A stretch of 64,000 nt of DNA from Eledone cirrhosa. Taxonomy: Eukaryota. Positions 53,785-64,000 of the stretch are shown here, piece by piece. The stretch's first letter is position 1. Each line of letters begins with the position of its first letter. Under the pieces are notes generated by a model. That model did not search any database. It had not been told where the DNA came from and saw only the letters and a list, made by a program, of their open reading frames with translations. A program made the translations under genes and the position numbers. The stretch covers positions 1 to 64,000 of the forward strand of contig CAXHJY010000422.1 of assembly GCA_964016885.1 (NCBI GenBank), read 5' to 3'.

Positions 53785-53892
53785 AACGAGTAGGACCCCG
53801 ATGGCTGAGCTCAAGCCGTGTCGACGGCTAATTCTGGTCCAGAATTAGCCGTCGAAACGGCTTGAGCTCAGCCGTCGGGGTCCTACTTGTTC
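53784..53892. repeat. Fold-back palindrome containing the 3' half of a hammerhead
   Basis: Arms about 54 bp around t53838; GAAA-cggct-tgagctc-agccg-TC at 53854-53876. Confidence 0.8.
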
Positions 53893-53971
53893 TATTACCC
53901 ACTCTACTACCCTAAGTATTGAGTACTTTGGTGCGTTATGGTCCACCTGGTTCCTTACCACATTTCCTCCG

Positions 53972-54010
<39 letters not shown>

Positions 54011-54051
54011 CGAAACATAAGTCAATTGCATGAACTCATAATCCTTTATTT

Positions 54052-54107
54052 ACTGCTATATATATTTCGATGATAGCCATTGAATGCCTATGACCTCATC
54101 GGGCAGT
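54052..54107 (-). ncRNA. Decayed minimal hammerhead (CCGATGA core)
   Basis: Minus: actgc-CCGATGA-ggtcatag/ctatcatc-GAAA-tatata-TA-gcagt. Confidence 0.5.
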
Positions 54108-54444
54108 TAGTCAGTTCTTAGATATGCCAGCTCTGTGTTTATAGTGCTGATGGTATCAGAGCCTTGGGTCATATCCAAGAATAAATTATGTATATATATA
54201 TATATATATACATAATTTATTCTTTATCATTAACATTTATATAAAAATTCATAATTATGTATAATTATTTTAAAATATTTTTACCCAAACTTTGTTAAAG
54301 GGTCTCAAATTTCATAACTTAGGGTCTCAGTAGGGGAAAGTCTGACCCTGAGTGAAAGATATACATAAAACTGATGAGAATGTTGCACACACACACACAT
54401 ATACACTTACATACACACACACACATATATATGCAGAGACATAC

Positions 54445-54481
<37 letters not shown>

Positions 54482-54574
54482 CATGCATATATGTATATAT
54501 GAACTAAAATGAAGTTTTGTTTACATGTGAAAAATATTTATTACGTATTGACCTGTTACGTGTGTTTCACAGAA

Positions 54575-56090
54575 GATTGGCTCAAGGCGACCCAACTCGG
54601 TGCAGTAACAGTTCCAGTCTGCTTTATTCCAGTCAAAGTGAGCAGTTTGGAGATGGTTGTGGTTCTTGTTACTGCCCATAAGGGATAGATTGGCAATGAT
54701 CATAGCATGATCAGAGTCACCCAAAGGTTCCTCAGTAGTAACACAAATGACCGTTTCAGGAGTAGGTCCAAAGTGTTGTCACCTCTTGTTGGGGAGGTGA
54801 CTACTTGGGAACAATTCGAGTCCAGCACTACCTCAAGGAAGTCATTTGCACTTGGCGGCCAACGAAAGGTTTCCCAGTCAATCTCAGGGTGATTGAAATC
54901 TCCTACAATAAAAACATAAGTGACTGTTTTCCTGGCAGCAGCTCTGAGGATATCACAAAGTTGAGTGTCCTGATGGTAATTTGGGAGACGGTAAACGACT
55001 CCAAGTAGCAGTGTTGACATGGTCATACGTATATCGCAGAAAAAAACTTCCTGTTGTGATTGGTTCAAATCAACAAAAGGAATTGCCGACAAATTTGACC
55101 GAACGTAGACCATTACACCACCACCACCACAATTAATACGGTCTTTACGAAACAGGTTGTAGCCAATTATGCTGAAAACCCCATCACAGAGTAAGGGATG
55201 TGCCCAAGTTTCCGTGACTGTAATGAAGTTAGGGTTGATACTTTTGACGTAGGAGTCAAAAAGATGAATCTTATTGCATAGACTACGTGCATTCAAGGAC
55301 AACAATTTGTACCTTGCTTCCAGTATATGATTATGTGCAGGGGATGGCAGGTTGTTCTGATTTAGTTTCCCAGAGTTTTTTCAGTTTTTTTTTGTCAGTT
55401 GTTGTGGGTACAGTGTTTTCAGACCAGCTGGTATCTCTTTTCCATGTTTCACCAGCCTTAACAAACTTCCATATCTGCCCATCATCGCGTAGGCTGAAGC
55501 TTTCATGTTCTGCCGAGCTGCAGTTTAAGGAAGCTGCAGCACGCAGCTTTGGGCGGACATCAGGTGGAAGACCAGGACGTGTTCGGAAAGCAATCCGACT
55601 TTCACGCCTAGCTTTACCAGAGGCTACAAGGTGTGAACGTGCCTCAGTTGAGTTCGAAAACGACAGTCTAATTAGCCTGGATTTCGGGCCTGGTCGGCCA
55701 AGCCATAGAGCACCTTTAGCGGGAGCACAGCCCAAGTCTTTGGATGAACTGGCAGCAAATGCCTGAAGATCAACTATGTCTTCTGGTACATAAATGGCAA
55801 TCACTTCGTGGTTTGCAGATTCAGTGGCATTCTCAATGCGTCTAGGTTCAACATGAGGTACGCGGAGATTTTTTAACAAGGTACTCTGGTAAGATCCCTC
55901 ATTGTGAGGTTCTACACAAACGCTTGATTTTATTCCCGCTATTTCTCGGCTTAAAGCGGAAATCATTTGCCGTGTTTCCTCAAACTCCGTATTGACGGTC
56001 AATTGTTGTTGTTGTTCTTCTCCTTCAACAGGCATGGTAGGAGAAGACACAGTCGAGAGTATTGGTTGGGTTTATAAGGACTTGTGGGTA
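54575..56090 (-). mobile_element. 5' part of a CR1-like LINE: ORF1 plus APE endonuclease
   Basis: EN motifs LNARSL, ITVTETW, RKDR..GGGV, GVVYR, GDFNHP, DLLL, SDH; homologous to 6546-6950; outer boundaries approximate. Confidence 0.88.
55331..56050 (-). CDS. Putative LINE ORF1 protein (N-terminal coiled-coil-like segment)
   Basis: Open non-repetitive 239-codon frame immediately upstream of the endonuclease; assignment is by position only. Confidence 0.6.
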   Translation of the reverse strand: MSSPTMPVEGEEQQQQLTVNTEFEETRQMISALSREIAGIKSSVCVEPHNEGSYQSTLLKNLRVPHVEPRRIENATESANHEVIAIYVPEDIVDLQAFAASSSKDLGCAPAKGALWLGRPGPKSRLIRLSFSNSTEARSHLVASGKARRESRIAFRTRPGLPPDVRPKLRAAASLNCSSAEHESFSLRDDGQIWKFVKAGETWKRDTSWSENTVPTTTDKKKLKKLWETKSEQPAIPCT

Positions 56091-56282
56091 GGAAGAGACT
56101 GTTTGTAAGCCTAATGGTTTGACTGTAATATAAGGTCAGTTTTATATGCATCTGGAGAGACTCCTCAAGTAAACCCAAGCCTGTGGGTAAAACTTGGTAG
56201 ACAGAGATGTTTTGTAAGCCCATCAGTTGTACTGTAATATGACAGACACATTAAAGGAACTACAGTATTTGTTACAGTTCAT

Positions 56283-56421
<139 letters not shown>

Positions 56422-56432
56422 AACTAAAATGA

Positions 56433-57805
56433 GGAATCCTGTGTCAAACATACACTTTGGAACTTCTGGAGCTCTCACAGTCTTATCCGGCCCTCGCAAT
56501 TTGGATTTATCCCTAACTCCAGCTGCTGTGATCAACTTATCGAATTTCTTGAAGACATTACCCGGATCACTGACAGCGGCTCATGAGTGGATGTTGTTTA
56601 CCTTGACTTTGCAAAAGCTTTCAATTCTGTGCCACACAAAAGACTTATGGCAAAACTCTCTGCAATGGGTGTGAAGGATGATCTTTTTAACTGGTTGAAG
56701 TCCTTCATTCTCAGTCGAAGAGAGGTAGTCACGGTTCTGGGACAGCATTCGTCACCATATGAGATGTCATCTGGTGTACCACAGGGATATGTTCTTGGCC
56801 CCCTTTTGTTTGTGGCATATATTAATGACATAGATGCCAACTTAAAGAATGCCACAGTACTAAAGTACGCAGATGACATCAAGCTGTACCTTGAGATAAA
56901 AAGGACCGATCCTGAACACTATAGATCTTGCTTGCAGTCTGACCTGGACACAATGCAACAATGGATCTCAGACTGGCAACTCAAGCTAACTGTGGACAAG
57001 GGCACAACCATGCATTTTGGGAGTAAAAACCCAGCGTACACATACTCGCTCCACAGCACTAATATCAAAAAGTCTTCTTGTGAACGTGACCTGGGCATTA
57101 CGGTCAACAGCGATTTGCGTTAGACGAATCACGTCTCTAAAATTGTCAAGAAGGCCGAGGGTGTCTTAGCATCACTCAGCAAGACCTTTGTCAGCCGCTC
57201 TCCAGCTATCTATTTAAGGCTGTACATGGCTATGGTGCGGCCACACTTAGAATTTGCATCACCAGTCTGGAACACCCCTATCTTGCTCAGAACATTGACC
57301 ACCTGGAAACTGTTCAGAGACGTGCAACCAAGTGAATACCCTCCATCAGGCATCTACCATACTCTGAACAACTTGCTTCCCTGGCCATGGATACATTGAA
57401 GCTCAGACACCTGGCAACAGACTTGGTAAAAACCCACAAAATTGTTAACCATCTTGCCAACAACAACCCTGAGTACCTTTTTGATTTCCATGTGTCTAAC
57501 ACACGTGGACATGCCCACAAAGTCAGAAAGCAGCACAGCTCCCATGACTTTCGGAAACATTTTTTCACGCTCAGAGTTGCTGAAGCATGGAACAAACTAC
57601 CTGCATCAGTTGTTAGCTGTCGAGACACTGCATCCTTTAAGGCCTCCATGCTTCCCGAGATTCGCCAACACTACACCTCATGTCTCATACACTATTCACT
57701 TCCCTGACATTTGTATATTATATTATGTACTGTACTATACATACACCTTTGACGAGTTGTAGTGCACCTGAGCACTTTACACAATAATTTCATTATTATT
57801 ATTAT
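56433..57805 (+). mobile_element. 3' part of a CR1-like LINE (RT, 3' UTR, (ATT)n tail), degenerate
   Basis: YLDFAKAF, SGVPQG..LGPLLF, YADD, TRGH, RVAEAWNKLP; matches 7736-9975. Confidence 0.92.
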
Positions 57806-60800
57806 CTCAGGTACCAATGTCCAGTCCCTTATATAACTGACCAACAGTCTGAAGTACCAATGTCCAGTTATATAACTGACCAACAGTCTGAGGTACCAAT
57901 GTCGAGTTCTTATATAACTGACCAATAGTCTGAGGTACCAATGTCCAGTTCTTATATAACTGACCAACAGTCTGAGGTGCCAATGTCCAGTTCTATAACT
58001 GACCAACAGTCTGAGGTACCAATGTCCAGTTATATAACTGACCAACAGTCTGAGGTACCAATGTCCAATGCCTTATATAACTAACCAACCGTCTGAGGTA
58101 CCAATGTCCAGTGCCTTATATAACTGACCAACAGTCTGAGGTACCAATGTCCAATGCCTTATATAACTAACCAACCGTCTGAGGTACCAATGTCCAGTGC
58201 CTTATATAACTGACCAACAGTCTGAGGTACCAATGTCCAGTGCCTTATATAACTGACCAACAGTCTGAGGTACCAATATCCAGTCCCTTATATAACTGAC
58301 CAACAGTCTGAGTTACCAATGTCCAGTTCTTATATAACTGACCAACAGTCTGAGGTGCCAATGTCCAGTTCTATAACTGACCAACAGTCTGAGGTACCAA
58401 TGTCCAGTTATATAACTGACCAACAGTCTGAGGTACCAATGTCCAGTTATATAACTAACCAACAGTCTGAGGTACCAATATCCAGTCCCTTATATAACTG
58501 ACCAACAGTCTGAGGTACCAATGTCCAATGCCTTATATAACTGACCAACAGTCTGAGGTACCAATGTCCAGTCCCTTATATAACTGACCAACAGTCTGAG
58601 GTACCAAGGTCCAGTGCCTTATATAACTGACCAAGAGTCTGAGGTGCCAATGTCCAGTTCTATAACTGATCAACAGTCTGAGGTACCAATGTCCAGTTAT
58701 ATAACCAACCGTCTGAGGTACCAATGTCCAGTTCTTATATAACTGACCAACAGTCTGAGGTACCAATGTCCAGTTATATAACTGACCAACAGTCTGAGGT
58801 TCCAATGTCCAGTTATATAACTAACCAACAGTCTGAGGTACCAATATCCAGTTATATAACTGACCAACAGTCTGAGGTACCAATGTCCAGTTATATAACT
58901 GACCAACAGTCTGAGGTACCAATGTCCAGTTATATAACTAACCAACAGTCTGAGATACCAATGTCCAGTTATATAACTGACCAACAGTCTGAGGTACCAA
59001 TGTCCAGTTATATAACTGACCAACAGTCTGAGGTACCAATGTCCAACGCCTTGTATAACTGACCAACAGTCTGAGGTACCAATGTCCAGTTATATAACTG
59101 ACCAACAGTCTGAGGTACCAATGTCCAACGCCTTGTATAACTGACCAACAGTCTGAGGTACCAATGTCCAGTTATATAACTGACCAACAGTCTGAGGTAC
59201 CAATGTCCAACGCCTTGTATAACTGACCAACAGTCTGAGGTGCCAATGTCCAGTTATATAACTGACCAACAGTCTGAGGTGCCAATGTCCAGTTATATAA
59301 CTGACCAACAGTCTGAGGTACCAATGTCCAGTGCCTTATATAACTGACCAACAGTCTGAGGTACCAATGTCCAGTGCCTTATATAACTGACCAACAGTCT
59401 GAGGTACCAATGTCCAATGCCTTATATAACTGACCAACAGTCTGAGGTACCAATGTCCAGTGCCTTATATAACTGACCTACAGTCTGAGGTACCAATGTC
59501 CAGTCCTTTATATAACTGACCAACAGTCTGAGGTACCAATGTCCAGTCCCGTATATAACTGACCAACAGTCTGAGGTACCAATGTCCAGTTATATAATTA
59601 ACCAATAGTCTGAGGTACCAATGTCCAGTTATATAACTGACCAACAGTCTGAGGTACCAATGTCCAATGCCTTGTATAACTGACCAACAGTCTGAGGTAC
59701 CAATGTCCAGTGCCTTATATAACTGACCAACAGTCTGAGGTACCAATGTCCAGTTCTTATATAACTGACCAACAGTCTGAGGTACCAATGTCGAGTTATA
59801 TAACTGACCAACAGTCTGAGGTACCAATATGCAGTCCCTTATATAACTGACGAACTGTCTGAGGTACCAATGTCCAGTCCCTTATATAACTGACCAACAG
59901 TCTGAGGTACCAATTTTCAGTGCCTTATATAACTGACCAACAGTCTGAGGTACCAATGTCCAGTTATATAACCAACCGTCTGAGGTACCAATGTCGAGTT
60001 ATATAACTGACCAACAGTCTGAGGTACCAATATCCAGTCCCTTATATAACTGACCAACAGTCTGAGGTACCAATGTCCAGTGCCTTATATAACTGACCAA
60101 CAGTCTGAGGTACCAATGTCCAGTTATATAACTGACTAACAATCTGAGGTACCAATGTCCAGTTATATAACTAACCAACAGTCTGAGGTACCAATGTCCA
60201 GTCCCTTATATAACTGACCAACAGTCTGAGGTACCAATGTCCAGTTATATAACTGACTAACAATCTGAGGTACCAATGTCCAGTTATATAACTAACCAAC
60301 AGTCTGAGATACCAATGTCCAGTTATATAACTGACCAACAGTCTGAGGTACCAATGTCCAGTTATATAACTGACCAACAGTCTGAGGTACCAATATCCAG
60401 TTATATAACTGACCAACAGTCTGAGGTACCAATATCCAGTCCCTTATATAACTGACCAACAGTCTGAGGTACCAATGTCCAGTCCCTTATATAACTGACC
60501 AACAGTCTGAGGTACCAATGTCCAGTCCCTTATATAACTGACCAACAGTCTGAGGTACCAATGTCCAATGCCTTACATAACTGACCAACAGTCTGAGATA
60601 CCAATGTCCAGTTCTTATATAACTGACCAACAGTCTGAGGTACCAATGTCCAGTGCCTTATATAACTGACTAACAATCTGAGGTACCAATGTCCAGTTAT
60701 ATAACTGACCAACAGTCTGAGGTACCAATGTCCAGTTATATAACTGACCAACAGTCTGAGGTACCAATGTCCAGATATATAACTGACCAACAGTCTGAGG

Positions 60801-63800
60801 TACCAATATCCAGTCCCTTATATAACTGACCAACAGTCTGAGGTACCAATGTCCAGTCCCTTATATAACTGACCAACAGTCTGAGGTACCAATATCCAGT
60901 CCCTTATATAACTGACCAACAGTCTGAGGTACCAATGTCCAGTTATATAACTGACCAACAGACTGAGGTACCAAGGTCCAGTTATATAACTGACCAACAG
61001 TCTGAGGTACCAATGTCCAGTTATATAACTGACCAACAGTCTGAGGTACCAAGGTCCAGTTATATAACTGACCAACAGTCTGAGGTACCAAGGTCCAGTT
61101 ATATAACTGACCAACAGTCTGAGGTACCAATGTCCAGTTATATAACTGACCAACAGTCTGAGGTACCAATGTCCAGTTATATAACTGACCAACAGTCTGA
61201 GGTACCAATGTCCAGTTATATAACTGACCAACAGTCTGAGGTACCAATGTCCAGTTATATAACTGACCAACAGTCTGAGGTACCAATGTCCAATATAACT
61301 GACCAACAGTCTGAAGTACCAATGTCCAGTGCCTTATATAACTCACCAACAGTCTGAGGTACCAATGTCCAGTCCCTTATATAACTGACCAACAGTCTGA
61401 GGTACCAATGTCCAGTGCCTTATATAACTCACCAACAGTCTGAGGTACCAATGTCCAGTCCCTTATATAACTGACCAACAGTCTGAGGTACCAATGTCCA
61501 GTTATATAACTGACCAACAGTCTGAGGTACCAATGTCCAGTGCCTTATATAACTGACCAACAGTCTGAGGTACCAATGTCCAGTGTCTTATATAACTAAC
61601 CAACAGTCTGAGGTACCAATGTCCAGTGCCTTATATAACTGACCAACAGTCTGAGGTACCAATGTCCAGTCCCTTATATAACTGACCAGTCTTAGGTACC
61701 AATGTCCAGTCCCTTATATAACTGACCAACAGTCTGAGGTACCAATGTCCAGTCCCTTATGTAACTGACCAAGAGTCTGAGGTGCCAATGTCCAGTTCTA
61801 TAACTGATCAACAGTCTGAGGTACCAATGTCCAGTTATATAACCAACCGTCTGAGGTACCAATGTCCAGTTCTTATATAACTGACCAACAGTCTGAGGTA
61901 CCAATGTCCAGTTATATAACTGACCAACAGTCTGAGGTTCCAATGTCCAGTTATATAACTAACCAACAGTCTGAGGTACCAATATCCAGTTATATAACTG
62001 ACCAACAGTCTGAGGTACCAATGTCCAGTTATATAACTGACCAACAGTCTGAGGTACCAATGTCCAGTTATATAACTAACCAACAGTCTGAGATACCAAT
62101 GTCCAGTTATATAACTGACCAACAGTCTGAGGTACCAATGTCCAGTTATATAACTGACCAACAGTCTGAGGTACCAATGTCCAGTTATGTAACTGACCAA
62201 CAGTCTGAGGTACCAATGTCCAGTTATATAACCAACCGTCTGAGGTACCAATGTCCAGTTCTTATATAACTGACCAACAGTCTGAGGTACCAATGTCCAG
62301 TTATATAACTGACCAACAGTCTGAGGTTCCAATGTCCAGTTATATAACTGACCAACAGTCTGAGGTACCAATGTCCAGTTCTTATATAACTAACCAACAG
62401 TCTGAGGTACCAATATCCAGTTATATAACTGACCAACAGTCTGAGGTACCAATGTCCAGTTATATAACTAACCAACAGTCTGAGATACCAATGTCCAGTT
62501 ATATAACTGACCAACAGTCTGAGGTACCAATGTCCAGTTATATAACTGACCAACAGTCTGAGGTACCAATGTCCAGTTATATAACTAACCAACAGTCTGA
62601 GATACCAATGTCCAGTTATATAACTGACCAACAGTCTGAGGTACCAATGTCCAACGCCTTGTATAACTGACCAACAGTCTGAGGTACCAATGTCCAGTTA
62701 TATAACTGACCAACAGTCTGAGGTACCAATGTCCAACGCCTTGTATAACTGACCAACAGTCTGAGGTACCAATGTCCAGTTATATAACTGACCAACAGTC
62801 TGAGGTACCAATGTCCAACGCCTTGTATAACTGACCAACAGTCTGAGGTGCCAATGTCCAGTTATATAACTGACCAACAGTCTGAGGTGCCAATGTCCAG
62901 TTATATAACTGACCAACAGTCTGAGGTACCAATGTCCAGTGCCTTATATAACTGACCAACAGTCTGAGGTACCAATGTCCAATGCCTTATATAACTGACC
63001 AACAGTCTGAGGTACCAATGTCCAGTGCCTTATATAACTGACCTACAGTCTGAGGTACCAATGTCCAGTCCTTTATATAACTGACCAACAGTCTGAGGTA
63101 CCAATGTCCAGTCCCGTATATAACTGACCAACAGTCTGAGGTACCAATGTCCAGTTATATAATTAACCAATAGTCTGAGGTACCAATGTCCAGTTATATA
63201 ACTGACCAACAGTCTGAGGTACCAATGTCCAATGCCTTGTATAACTGACCAACAGTCTGAGGTACCAATGTCCAGTTCTTATATAACTGACCAACAGTCT
63301 GAGGTACCAATGTCGAGTTATATAACTGACCAACAGTCTGAGGTACCAATATGCAGTCCCTTATATAACTGACGAACTGTCTGAGGTACCAATGTCCAGT
63401 CCCTTATATAACTGACCAACAGTCTGAGGTACCAATTTTCAGTGCCTTATATAACTGACCAACAGTCTGAGGTACCAATGTCCAGTTATATAACCAACCG
63501 TCTGAGGTACCAATGTCGAGTTATATAACTGACCAACAGTCTGAGGTACCAATATCCAGTCCCTTATATAACTGACCAACAGTCTGAGGTACCAATGTCC
63601 AGTGCCTTATATAACTGACCAACAGTCTGAGGTACCAATGTCCAGTTATATAACTGACTAACAATCTGAGGTACCAATGTCCAGTTATATAACTAACCAA
63701 CAGTCTGAGGTACCAATGTCCAGTCCCTTATATAACTGACCAACAGTCTGAGGTACCAATGTCCAGTTATATAACTGACTAACAATCTGAGGTACCAATG

Positions 63801-64000
63801 TCCAGTTATATAACTAACCAACAGTCTGAGGTACCAATGTCCAGTTATATAACTGACCAACAGTCTGAGGTACCAATATCCAGTTATATAACTGACCAAC
63901 AGTCTGAGGTACCAATATCCAGTCCCTTATATAACTGACCAACAGTCTGAGGTACCAATGTCCAGTCCCTTATATAACTGACCAACAGTCTGAGGTACCA
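57806..64000. repeat. 39-bp satellite with 42/43-bp and shorter length variants (runs off window end)
   Basis: Unit ctgaggtaccaatgtccagt[gcct/ccct/tct]tatataactgaccaacagt. Confidence 0.96.

Overview
Repeat-dominated animal (eukaryotic) DNA. The SINE and RTE tail motifs and the dense (TA)n/(CA)n tracts resemble cephalopod (Octopus-like) genomes; this is an inference. No host protein-coding gene is supportable, and nearly all ORF-track entries are repeat translations. Contents: RTE-clade LINE pieces (one with a PHD finger inside the RT region, one with a twin-priming-type 5' inversion), CR1-like LINE pieces, several tRNA-derived SINEs, a Helitron-like 3' end and six tandem arrays. Two themes stand out. 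(1) At least three arrays are in-situ amplifications of internal retroelement segments. The largest is about 500 x 45 bp (22.5 kb, indel-free), sitting inside one SINE copy downstream of an intact Pol III A/B box with no T4 terminator seen. (2) Several minimal hammerhead-ribozyme motifs, some in fold-back palindromes, lie between (TA)n tracts, as expected for Penelope-like element remnants; some have non-canonical cores.
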